Assembly: GCF_018350175.1 (NCBI RefSeq)
Contig: NC_058368.1
Span: 192,698,001-192,762,000, forward strand
Direction: 5' to 3'
Origin: Felis catus
Taxonomy: Eukaryota
DNA: 64,000 nt
Part shown: piece by piece, positions 1 through 11,603 of the stretch
How the letters are laid out: the number at the start of each line of letters is the position of its first letter
Numbering within the stretch: position 1 is the first letter of the stretch
Program-made: the position numbers and the translations under genes
Notes under the pieces: generated by a model
What the model was told of the DNA's origin: nothing
What the model saw: the letters and a program-made list of their open reading frames with translations, nothing else
Databases searched by the model: none

Positions 1-654
1 ACAGGGGGTTCTGGTTACCCTGAAAATTCTGTTCTCTGGAGTACCCCATTCCGACCTCAGCCTCTGCTGTGTGTCACCTCGGGCAAGTCTCATGTCCTCC
101 CTGAGCCACAGGGTCTGTGCCAGTCAAGGGTGGAGGATTCCAATTACACCCTGGGGCTCTGTTGTGAGGGTTGTGCGCGGTCATGTCGGCTGGGACTGCT
201 CTGCCGGCTCAGCTCAGATGTTGGCTACTCCTTTTGTTGGTATTACTCTCCAAGAACTCGGGGCAACTGGGGCCTCGGGCGTGCGGAGGGTGCTAACTGC
301 ATGATGTCGTCTTGGGTTCTGACAGTAGTGGTTGGCCACGTTCAGGAGACCAGAGGTCAGGGGAAGAACACGGACGTCTGACCTGCTCAAGCGGCACGGG
401 GCTCCACCCATGCCCTCTGCCCTCAGCTCACGCGACTCCCTTTGCCCAGCCACCTTTTATTTCCCTGAACAAGCGGGGCCTCTTCGCCCCTCTGAGCCCT
501 CCCTTGGGCCCACAGCATCAGAGGCTCTCCTCAGGAACCGCGGTGTGCCCTGTGCCCATGACGATGGCCGAGCTGCCAAAAGACCCCTTTCTCAGGTGGG
601 GAGTGTGAGGCGCAGGGAAGCTGGAGTTCACTGAGGCTAAACTGTGGTTAGGCA

Positions 655-1156
655 GGTGTGGATAATGGCCTCCCAAAGAAGCCAATGCCTAATTCCTGGA
701 ACCTGGGGATATGTCACCTTACACAGCAAAGGGACGTTGCAAATAGAATTTAAGTGAAGGATCTGAGATGGGGAGATTGTCCTGGCGGGCCCAATGTAAT
801 CACAGGGGTCCTCATATGTGAAAGAAGGAGGCAGGAGGGTCAGAGTTAGAGAAGGAGATGTGATGATGAAAGCAGGTGCTGCAGAGAGATAGTTGGGGGA
901 GGGGGAGTGGGAGAAGGAGGGGGAGTGATGGCGGAAGGAAGGAGGGGGAGACTTGGATATGTTAGGTTACTGGCTTTGGAGACAGAGAAGGTGGGACACC
1001 TGGGTGTCTCAGTGGGTTTAACGTCCCACTTTGGCTCAGGTCATGATCTTGCGGTTCCTAAGTTTGAGCCCTGTGTCGGGTTCTGTGCTGACAGCTCAGA
1101 GCCTGGAGCCTGCTTTGGATTCTGTGTCTGCCTCTCTCTGCCCCTCTCCTGCTCAG

Positions 1157-1192
<36 letters not shown>

Positions 1193-1430
1193 AAAACAAT
1201 CATTAAAAATATTTTTTTGAAGATGGAGAAAGGAGCTACGAGCCAAAGAATGTGGGCAGCCTCTAGAAGCTGGAAAGGGCAAGCAAACCGACTCTTCCCT
1301 AGAACCTGCCTACACCATGCATTTAGCTCAGTTAGACTCCTTTTCACACTTCTGATCTCCAGAACTTTAAGAGAATAAATCTGTGTTGTCTTAATAAGCC
1401 AGTAAATTTTGGGTAATTCATAATTGGGAA
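655..1430 (+). mobile_element. MaLR solo LTR (MLT1D-like) interrupted by a SINE
   Basis: AATGGCCTCCCAAAGA...GAGATGGGAGATT...CCCAATGTAATCACAGGGGTCCT...AGAATAAATCTGTGTTGT. Confidence 0.8.
993..1210 (+). mobile_element. Can-SINE
   Basis: tRNA-derived head, (CT)n, A-rich tail. Confidence 0.9.
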
Positions 1431-2226
1431 ACTAGACTTTGGCTTTGTACCCAAAGGTCTTTCCACATCTCTAGGAAGGGAGCCAGGGGCTCTAATTCTG
1501 GCCTGGCACTGACTCACTGTATAAGTGAGGCCCCCCTTGTCCTGGAGCCGCAGTCTCCCCATTTGCAAGGAACTGGAGTCCATTACCTGTAGGTCCCCCC
1601 AGGTTTCACATTCTAGGATGTTACAGGTCCACTCCACACATTGACCCCTAAACTTCTACCGTGGGACAAGCTGCTATTTCCTAACACTTCCAAGAGGGCC
1701 TAGCTGAATGATGGGACAGCTGTCTCCAGGGGCAGACAGACCTGCAGGTGCACCCAGCCTTTACTGCTTCATAGCTGTGAGACCTGGAAAAGGTGCTTAA
1801 CCTCCTGGAGCCTTGGTGTCCTCACTTGGAAAATATGGATAATAATTTTTACTACATATGGTTGTTGGGGATTAAAAAGGATCAGCATGTGATATGCTCA
1901 GCACTGTGCCTGGCATTTAGAAAGTGTTCAGCAAGGGGTGGTGGTGGTGATGCTGGTTCTTGCTGACCACGGGGTGCTAGGCTTGAGGGAGAGAGCAACT
2001 CTGTTCACCCCCAGCTGGCAGGAACACCGCACAGAGGTGGCCAGCTGGGAGGGCCCTGAGCTGAGGCTCTGAGACAGCCTGGGAGGAGCTGTGCTTCCGG
2101 TTGGGGATGTTTGCCCTGGTTCCCCTGCAGTGGACTTTTAGGGGGAGGTGGTGGTCCCGAGTAGGGTGTGTTGGCGAGGGGTCACTAGGTCAGCCACTGG
2201 GACCAGCCCAGGTCACTTGTACTTAC

Positions 2227-2410
2227 TCAAATGGGTCGCTTGGGTCAGCTTTCTGAAGTTCTGGAGGAATCGGTATCCGCTTATAGTACATCTCCCAGTC
2301 AAAGGCGCCCCGCATGGCATCGCCCGCCTGCGTTTCGTACCGAAAGTCATCGTGGTCGATCACGTCAATCATCGGGCACACAATGGTCTTGCGGTTCCGG
2401 GCGATGCGGT
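2227..2410 (-). CDS. GALNT10: GALNT10 internal coding exon, 184 bp, likely exon 6
   Basis: Translates (D)RIARNRKTIVCPMIDVIDHDDFRYETQAGDAMRGAFDWEMYYKRIPIPPELQKADPSDPF(E); acceptor CAG 2413-2411; donor GTAAGT 2226-2221; joins the previous exon in frame (G|AC = Asp). Confidence 0.96.
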
Positions 2411-4431
2411 CTGAAGAAGCCAAGAGATGCCCATTACGGAGGCAGGACAGGGCAGCAGCTAGGTCCACGACCCTGCTCTGCAGCTTACTCGCATTCTTAA
2501 GGTGTTCCCTGAGTGACTTCTCCGAATGCTTGAGTTTGAGAATCCCAAGAGCAAGGGAGAGGGCAGGCTTTAAGAAAGATGGACCAGGGCTCCCGTCCCA
2601 GTCCTGCTACCTGCGAGCTACATAAACAATGTCTCTGAGCCCCAGTGTTCTCCTCTGTGAAATGGGGAGAAGAGGTTCAGCACCACAGGCTGGTAGGAGG
2701 ACGGGATATGACGACAGTTTGAGGTATCCAGCACGGTCGCCTGTAATGGTCAGCGCCATTGCAGAGAGAGATTAATTTCCTTCTGGGAGGCCCCTGTTCT
2801 GGCCCTGTCAGGCTCCGCATTCTGAGTCCTAAGCTTGACTCGTGGCCGAAGTAGCCAGGCACGCCAGCTCCTCAAAACTTCTCAGCTATGGTCAGTGAAC
2901 AAATGGTCCTCCTTGCGAGAGAGTTTAGCTCGCTTTTTCCAACAGCCAGAACTACTGAGGAGGGCAGGTACTATCCCACGAACTCCTCCTGACTGATGTA
3001 CAAGCAAAGCCTGGCAAACCTCTGCCCTGCAGGAATGCTACAGGCTAGGTGATTCAAGATGGCAAGGGCAGTCCCTAGCCAGATGGCTTTTTACGGTCCC
3101 CGTTAAGCCAGGGAGAAGCTGATTCTATACAACGCACTCTGCCCAACCTACCAACCAGAATTTTAAGCTTTGGTTTGTTCTGTTCTTCGATGTTCCTTCT
3201 GCCAAGAAGCCGTGGCTGCAGCTTGGGGGTGCCAGTGATAAAGGGGCCAGTGGGCTATGCTGGGGTGCCTGGCTGCTTGGGCCAGCAGTCAAGTTCAAGG
3301 GTGGGAATGTGGAGTCTGGTACGGCCCGTGTAGGCTGGCATCTGCCTGGGGCTTGGGCTTCATCAAGTACTTTTTTCTTCCAGGAGAGAAAGCAGCATTC
3401 TTGCCCTTTCCTAAACTGCAAGACAACAATCCATAGATGGGTCATTAAATTGATCGAGTGTGTGTGTGTTTGTGTGTGTGCATGTGCATGTGTATAATGA
3501 ACCAGGAAAGAATACTGAATGTCAGGGTGCATTCCACCTGATAAGAAAAAGTACTTTTTCAGGAAACAGGTTTCTGTTATATTGCATGGGTGTGTATCTG
3601 TGTCCTGGATTGAGATGTCCAATGTATTTCTAACTGTGGCACATTGGTTTAAAAAGTCTGAGAAGTGCTGCTTTCGGCAGTGTGCCCTCTGGGCTACCAG
3701 TGCCCGATGTACCCATGGTGTGTTTAAAAAACTGCCAGGGCTGCTCCTGCTCCAGGTGCACCAAATCAGAACCTGTGGGGGCAGAGCTTGGGTCTGCCTT
3801 GTGAACAGGCTCCCTAGGGGTTCTAATGAAGTCGGAGAAACTTCTCCAGGGAAAGATCTGGAGAGGGGCCTCCCTTCCTAATTACAATTATTCACGCCCA
3901 TGCAGGGGATTTCACTTCTGGAGAGGCTCTGGGCTGTGGCTCTGCTGCAGGCTGGCTGAGAGCGGGAGGTGTGAGGGGTCAAGGCTTAGCATCAGAGAGG
4001 CAGCATTCCAGGGTGCTGCGCTCACTTGGGGACAGAATGCCCAGGTCCCAACCCTGGCTTTGTCACCTACAAGCAGTATAACCTTGACAAAGGTTATCTG
4101 ATGCCTCTGAAACCTCGCTTCCCTGCCGACAAAATGGAGGACGACAGCACCTGTCTCATGGGGTTCCTGTGAAGACCGAGGGGGACGGTGGGGCCAAGAT
4201 GCTTAGCTCAGACTCTCACACATTCACACATCCCATTAGTGCTCCGCGGACATTGCTGTGACCAGAATTGCCGAAAGAAGCTCAGAAGCTGAGCATCTTC
4301 CTCATTCTCTTTGCTCTTTAGTTTTCTCATTTGTTCTACGTGGATAAGAAGGCCTGGCCTGTCTACATTCCCATGTAACTGTCAAATTCAAAAGTGGCTG
4401 TGGCCTAAAAAGCCAAGGGACTAGCAGAGCC

Positions 4432-4476
<45 letters not shown>
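4432..4476 (+). repeat. (ATG)15 perfect trinucleotide microsatellite
   Basis: Direct count of 45 bp. Confidence 0.95.
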
Positions 4477-5154
4477 GCAGAAATGAGGATAAACAGTGGC
4501 TTTCCTTTGGGGGGCTGAATCCTTCTCTCTGGCTCAGGAATGCCTCATCTGCACATAAGGCAGAGAGAGCTGTGCATGGAGGTGTTAATAGTTTTGAGAC
4601 AAAGCCCTGATGCGCTCTGTCGACTGCTCATATTAACAGGGACAGACTTTTGCATCTACACCATTGGTTCACATTTCTATTGGAAAAAGAAAAAATAAAA
4701 AGAGGGAGAATGTTTCCTCCATGTATTCTGCAGATTATGAAAATTACCCTCATATATTTCCATAGAAACAGAGTTAAGGGCTATTTAGACTCCCAGCTCA
4801 GCTTTGTGGCCCTCCACTTCGAGTCACTGAATGACCCAACAAATGAATTGTTCCTTCAGCACTATAAATTAGGTGATTTATGGTGAGACTTTTTTCTTTC
4901 TCTTTTTCTTTTTCTCTTTCAGTAATGAGAGGCAGATGCAGAGACCTCTTGGTTTAATTAAATACGGAGTTTACCAGAAAATCTGGGTTATATCCTTTTC
5001 CTAACCCAGTGGGATCCTGGACCCTTGGGATCAGCAGCATATCATCTAATACTGAAGTTCCATGCTGATCTGCGTTAGAAAACAAATTGGCTGGATTAGC
5101 CCATTCAACCGTGTGGGTTTTGCTTTCTGTTCTCACCTCTGCCTGATGGTCTAA

Positions 5155-5320
5155 CCAGTGCTGATCCTCAGACCAGCAGTGCTGGCACCACCTGGAAGTT
5201 GGTTAGAAATGCAGCTTCTCAGACCCTACCCCAGACCTCTCCAATCAGAAACTCTGGGGTGGGGTCCAGCACTCTGTGTTAGTGAGTCTTCCAGGTGATT
5301 CTGACACAGGCTCAAGTTGG
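5155..5320. mobile_element. MER5A-like hAT MITE (related copies at ~3690-3830, 25050-25205, 32670-32850, 55060-55235, 55750-55890)
   Basis: CAGACCAGCAG...GTTAGAAATGCAG..TCTCAG..CCCTACCCCAGACC..AATCAGAAACTCTGGGGTGGGG..CCAGGTGATTCTGA. Confidence 0.75.
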
Positions 5321-6253
5321 CCCTGACCTACAGTTTCCTTTGCTTCCTGAGCTTTCTGTTATGGTGAGCATCCCCATTCATTTGTGAGTTTTAATTTCTC
5401 CCTGGATTGATAACGCTTCTCCAATCTGTCTCTGGCCTGTCCCTCACCTGATTCCCAGTCTCAGTAGGACATTTCCTCTTTGATGTCCACCTGTTAGCAC
5501 CAGCTCATCACCTTCCACAAATCTGAACTCCGCAGAATTCAGACCTGCTTCTTCACCTCACTGCCCAGCATCCAATCCTCTTGTCTCCCTTCTGTCCACA
5601 TGGCTATGATGGATGACTTCTGGATCATGCTGCCCTGTCCACAGCCCTTTCCTGATAGCTGCTGGAAACTCTCCAGAGAGGAAATGAATTTAGGGAGGCA
5701 GTGTGATTTCTGACCATGGACAAAATTTGGGGCCAGAGAGATGGTAACTTTGACACTTATGACCCAAGGGAACAATATTGAGTCACTCAGTATCTCCAAA
5801 CCTCAGCTTCTTCTACTATGAAATGGGGACACTTTTGACCTGGCATGGTTTTGTGAGGACTGGAGATAATGCTTATCACTTCCCTGGCTCAGTAGAGGGC
5901 ACTGAACGTTAACTATTCTAAGTTGCTAGGATAATGTCCCTCCACAATGTGGCTCCTACAGCAGACAGCCTTGACTTGCTTTCCAATAAAACTTGAACTA
6001 ATCTGGGAGAGGCAATCATGTAACTAGACTGTAGTGTGCTGTAGGACTTTGGGTAAGTCACTTCCCCTCTCAGCTTCCTTCTCTGTAAAACAAAGGGATA
6101 GGACTCGAATGGATTTTTAAGGTCTCTGTGAGCATTCCTGAATCCCTCGTGGCACCTGGCATTGGATGGCAGCATCTCAAGCAGTCAAGAGAACCCTTGT
6201 GGATGATCCCTGCAGAAGGCTGGGGCCCACCTTGCCTTGGGAGGGTCTCTTAC

Positions 6254-6439
6254 CGAGCAAGGGGGGGAGCCAGTTGACATTGGCTTCACAGTGTGAGTCT
6301 AAGAATGTGATGACATCCCCAGTTGCTGCAGAGGCCCCCAGCATCCGGGTCCTTATCAGCCCTTCCCGCTTCTTGGTTCGAAGAATTCTCACACTGGGGA
6401 AGAGGGCCATATAGTCTTCAAGTGGCTTCTTCAAGTGTT
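6254..6439 (-). CDS. GALNT10: GALNT10 (polypeptide N-acetylgalactosaminyltransferase 10) internal coding exon, 186 bp, likely exon 5; GT-A catalytic domain including the DxH motif
   Basis: Translates (E)[61 protein letters not shown](D), near-identical to recalled human GALNT10; acceptor CAG at 6442-6440 after a pyrimidine tract; donor GTAAGA from 6253; phase 1/1. Confidence 0.96.
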
Positions 6440-6545
6440 CTGTGAGAGAGACAGAAGAAGACAGATGGACAGATGGGTTAGAACAGCTGCTTAGTAATCA
6501 CTCTTGTGACTGCTCCCTTACGTGTGCACCATATTTTATAGTTTA

Positions 6546-6778
6546 TTTTTTTATTAAAAAAATTTTTTTAACGTCTATTTATTTTTGACAGAGAGAGAGA
6601 GAGAGACAGAGCATGAGCGGGGGAGGGGCACAGAGAGAGGGAGACACTGAATCGGAAGCAGGCTCCAGGCTCTGAGCTGTCAGCACAGAGCCTGATGTGA
6701 GGCTCGAACCCATGAGCTGTGAGATCATGACCTGAGCCGAAGTGGGACGCTCAATCGACTGAGCCACCCAGGCACCCC
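6546..6778 (-). mobile_element. Can-SINE about 110 bp upstream of the exon-5 acceptor
   Basis: Reverse SINE ending CCACCCAGGCACCCC; degenerate TSD TAYTTTAYAGTTTA. Confidence 0.92.
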
Positions 6779-6951
6779 TGTACTTTACAGTTTAGACACA
6801 GCTTTCCCATATAATGCCTCATGGGACCTTTCAGATATGGCCAACGAGGACAGGGACCACCACCTGCATGCTGTAAATGGGGACTCTGAAGCTCAAAGAA
6901 GTCCAGGGATAGTGCCAGACCTGGAACACACAGAGATCATCTGCGTGAGAG

Positions 6952-7550
6952 TGTGGGCAGTGGTGGTTTATGCTTGGCTGATACCTCTTCCCTCATTTTC
7001 TGGAATCGGCACTCTGATTTTTCTTGGTGAAACTGCCCCTCCCATTTTCCATCCATTATACTTTGGTGGGGCTCACCCACCCCTGGATCCAAGGGGGAGG
7101 AGCAGGTAGGATGGGCCTGACCAATCAGGGCATTCCATTTCCTTGCCTACAGTGATTGGTTCAGGAATGGCCATGTGACCCGAGTTGATCCAAATAATGA
7201 ATCCTGAGTTTTTGTTTTTGTTTTTTTTTTCAGAACTACTGAAAAACCAGGCCCTTTCTTTTCATTAGAGTTGCTAAGTTGGCTGGCCATAAATCTGGAG
7301 CTGCTGGTGACATCTTTGGCAAATGAGGTGATAAGAGTTGGGGGAGGGGCAGTTCTGCTGACATTGAAGTAAACATGTAAAAAGAATCAAGAGATGGAAA
7401 TTATTCTGATGGCATTTTGATTCCCCAGATCCCTCTGTGCCTAAAGCAGATAGACTCCTAAATGTTCTTACTACACACGAAACAAATTCCTCATCTTGCT
7501 TATGCTAATGTGGGTTGGGTTTCTATCCTGTGCCTGGTAAAGTCATTCTG
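6952..7550 (+). mobile_element. Old ERVL-type solo LTR (LTR16-like)
   Basis: GTGATTGGTTCAGGAATGGCCATGTGACC core and 3' TGGGTTGGGTTTCTATC motif; subfamily uncertain. Confidence 0.5.
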
Positions 7551-7659
7551 AACAAATCTCAAAAATTATCTCTTTTTACTAAAAAAGTCCCAGCCTTAAC
7601 ACTGGTGTCTCTTTAGTTTAATCGGGGTTAGAGCACTTTATGAAAAATCTAGTATGGCT

Positions 7660-10600
7660 ACAAAAAAAGTCCTAACGTTTATAACACACTTAATGATGAA
7701 ATAGCGAATGCTTTTATCCGACAATCAGGATAAAGGCTGTATTCTCTCTCATCACTTCCATTCAGCATTGTACTAGAACTCCTAGCCAGTGCAACTGGCA
7801 AGATAAAGAAATAAAGGCATAAAGATTGGGAAGAAAAAGGTAACAGTATCTTTACCTGTAGATGACATGATTATTTACATAGAAAAATCCTAAGAAATCT
7901 ACAAAGAAGCTAGCAAGATTTCAGGATACCGGTTTAAATGTTGATTTAAAAATTAGTTGTATTTCTAAGTACTGGCAGATAAAAAAAAATTGGAAAATTC
8001 AATTTAAAATAGTAAGCATACAATTTGCAATTTAACAAAAGAAGTAAAATCTGTATACTTTGAAACTGCAAAAACACTGTTGAAAAATATTAAAGACTAA
8101 AATAAATGGAAAGACAGTCTGTGTTCATGGACTGGATGACTTAATATTGTTAAGATGGCAATACCTCCTATGTTGATCTACAGATTCAGTGAGATCAAAA
8201 TCACAGCTGATCTTTGCAAAAATTGACAATTGACAAGCTGATCCTAAAATTTATGGAAGAGATCAACAGATCCAGGATAGCTAAAAATCTTTTGATTACT
8301 TACACATGAACATTTACAGCAATACTACTCACAACAGCCAAAGATTGGAAATAATTCAAGCTTCCATCACCTCATGAATGGATAAACAACTATGAAATAT
8401 ATTCATACAATGGAATATCACTCAACCATAAAAAGGAATGAAGTACTGATACATGGTACCATGCAGATGAACCTCAAAACATTACACCAAATAAGGGATG
8501 CCAGCCACAAAAGGTCACATGTTGTATCATTCTACTCATATGAAATTCCAGAATAGGTAAATTTATAGAGCCAACAAACAAATTAGTGATTACCAGAGAC
8601 TGGGGTAGAGAGAGACGGGGAGTGACAACTCAATGGGTATGGTGTTTCCTTTTGGAGTTATAAAACATTTTGGAACCAAGTGATGGTTGCACAACATTGT
8701 GAATGTACTAAATGCCAGTGAATTGTATACTTTAACATGGTTAATTTTTATGTTATATGAATTTTACCCCAATTAAAAAAAAATGGGTAAAAGATCTGAA
8801 TAGGCACTTCTCCAAAGGTGATATACAAATGGCCAATAAACACATAAAAGGATGTTCGACATCCTTAGTTACCAGGGAAATGCAAATCAACACCACAATG
8901 AGATACTACTTCACATCCACTAGGATGGCTATAATGCACAACTCAGATAATAAGTGTTGACAAGGATGTGGAGGATAAGAATCTCTATATACTGTTGGTG
9001 GAAATGTAAAATGGTGCAGCCACTTTGGAAAACAGTCTGGCAGTTCCTCAGTTAAGCACAGTTACCATATTACCCAGTAATTCCATTCCTAGGTGTACAC
9101 CCAAGAGAAATGAAAACACACATCCACCCCAAAATGTGCGTACTAGTGTTCATAGCAGCAATATTCAAAATATCCCCATATTGAAAACCATAGAAATATC
9201 CATCAATTGATGAATGAGTGAACAGAACGTAGTATATCCACACAATGGATTTTATTATTCCACAATAAAAAAGAAAAGAGCGATTAAGACAATATGGATG
9301 AACCTTAAAAAGAGTATTCTGCATTAAAGAAGTCAGACACCTAAGACTAGATATTATATGGTTCTATTTATATGAAATTTCTAGAAAGACAAAATTACAG
9401 GGACAGAAAGGAAGTCAGCATAGTCTAGAGCTAGGTTGGGAGTGGGGACTGATTACAAACAGGCACAAGGGAACTTTCTGGGGTGATGGAAATATTCTAA
9501 AACTGTATTATAGTGATCATTTTAAAACTGTATAAACTGATCTAAGAACTGAACTGCAGATTTAAAATGGGTGATTTTTGTGTTATGCAAATTATACCTG
9601 AATAAGGTTGTTAAATGGAAAAAAAAATGTATTTCTATATCCTGGCAAAGAACAATTGGAAAGTACAATAAAAATACCATTTATAATAGCTTCATATAGA
9701 TAAAGACCCAAATAAATGGAGAGATAAATCATACATATAGACTTGAAGACTCCATATTGTTAAAGAGTCAATTCTCCTCAAATTCATCTATAGATTCAAC
9801 ATAATCCCAATGAAATCACAGCAGGTTTTGAAATTGACAACTTTCAAAGAACCTAAACTGTGAAAACAAAAACAATCTTAAAAAAGAATAAAGTTGGAGG
9901 ACTCACTGATTTCAAAACTTATTACAAAGTCAGAATAATCAAAACAATGTAATACTGGCAAGGAATAAACATAACCAATAGAACAGAATAGAGGAGCCAG
10001 AGGTATACCTATATATATTTCATTGACTGACTGGTTTTTGACAAGGGCACCAAGGCAAATTCAATGAGAATATAAAAGAATTTTTAAAATGTGCAACAAA
10101 ACAAATGAGCAAAGGGAAAAAAGAAAGACAAACCAAGAAACAGATTTAACTATAAAGAACAAACAGATGGTTACCAGAGGGGAGGTGGTGAGGAGATGGG
10201 TGAAATAGGTGATGGGGATCAAGAGAACATTGGGGGCACCTGGGTGGCTTAGTTTGTTAAGCGTCCAACTCTTGATTTCAGCTTGGGTCACAATCTCATG
10301 GTTAGTGGGTTTGAGCCCCTGTTGGGCTTTATGCTGATAGTACAGAGGCTGCTTGGGATTCTCTCTCTCCCTCTCTCTCTCTGTCCTGCTCTGTCTCTCA
10401 AAATAAATAAATAAGCATTAAAATAAAGAGCACACGTATGGTGATGATCACTGAGTAATGTACAGAATTGCTGAATGGCTATGTTGTGCACCTAAAATTA
10501 CCATAACACTGTATGTTAACTATACTGGAATGGAAATAAAAAACTTGAAAAAATAAAACAGCTAGCATAACTGGATAAACACATGAAAAAAAGATGAACC

Positions 10601-11105
10601 TCAACCTCTACCTCCTACCATACACAACAAATAATTTTAGATGGATAGCAGGTTTAAATATAAAGGCTAAAGTTATAAGGTTTCTTGAAGAAACATAGGA
10701 GAATATTGTTGTAAACTTGGGGCAGGAAAAGATCTCTTAAGACATAAAAAGCACTAACCCATAAAAGGGAAGACTGATAAATTGGACTTAAGAACTTGCT
10801 CTTCAAACTTTGCTCATCACAACACATCAAAGACATCAGTAAGAAAATGACAAGGCAGGCAACAGTCTGGGAGAAAATATTCACAATACATGAATCTGAC
10901 AAAGGACTTGTATCAAGAATATGTAATGGATTCCACCAAAGTCAATAATAAACAGATGACCAACGTAAAACTAGGCAAAAAGCTATGAAACATTTTTACA
11001 AAAATACATTTCACAAAAGAACTGATATACAAATAGCCAACAAGCATATGAAAAGATGTGACTCAAATTAAAAGCCTGAGATGCCATTTGCTATACATTC
11101 CCCAG
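7660..11105 (+). mobile_element. Cluster of old L1M (L1MB/MC/ME-type) ORF2 and 3'-end fragments, with an L1_Carn-like 3' end at ~10090-10555
   Basis: Degenerate ORF2 peptides ([30 protein letters not shown]) and several distinct L1 3'UTRs; boundaries approximate. Confidence 0.8.
10232..10425 (+). mobile_element. Can-SINE within an L1 3'UTR
   Basis: GGGGGCACCTGGGTGGCT head, (CT)n, A tail. Confidence 0.9.
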
Positions 11106-11385
11106 GGAGAGGAGTTAAGATGGTGCAAGAGTAGGGGGGCTCTAAGTTTGCCTCATCCCTCAAATACAGCTAGATAAATATCAAATCATTCTAAACACCC
11201 AAGAAATCAATCTGAGGGCTGAGAAAACAAAACCACAAGTCTACAAGTAGAAAAAAGACTAATTTGTGGAAGCTTCTTTTAACAAGCAGATCAAAGCACC
11301 TAGATCTAGGGTTTGTTTCTTCTTCTTCTTCTCTGGACAAAATGACAAGATGGAAGAATTCATCCCAAAAGAAAGAACAGGAAGT

Positions 11386-11603
11386 TGGAGCATGTGGGTG
11401 GCTCAGTCAGTTAAGCAACTGACTTCGGCTCAGGTCATGATCTCACAGCTCATGGGTTTGAGCCCCGCACCAGGCTCTGTGCTGACAGCTGGGAGCCTGG
11501 AGCCTACTTTGAATTCTGCGTCTCCCTCTCCTTCTCTGCCCCTCCCCCACTTGCATGTGCTCTCTCTCTCTCTCTCTCTAAAATAAATAAACATTAAAAA
11601 AAA
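11386..11603 (+). mobile_element. Can-SINE in host L1 ORF1
   Basis: TSD AAAGAACAGGAAGT at 11372-11385 and 11604-11617. Confidence 0.92.

Larger units (their letters stand above)
2411..6253 (-). other. GALNT10: GALNT10 intron (3843 bp) between the two exons
   Basis: GT...AG boundaries, reading frame kept across the junction. Confidence 0.95.

Noticed and set aside
2411..2468. N-terminal extension MDLAAALSCLRNGHLLASS of the exon-6 ORF
   Set aside because: It lies upstream of the CAG acceptor and is intronic open frame by chance.
3125..3622. 165-aa minus-strand ORF inside the short intron
   Set aside because: Runs through a (TG)n tract, has no homology that I recognise and no convincing exon context.
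6579..6767. Recurring short ORFs of the type MAQSVKRPTSAQVMIS...
   Set aside because: They are translations of Can-SINE bodies, not a gene family.
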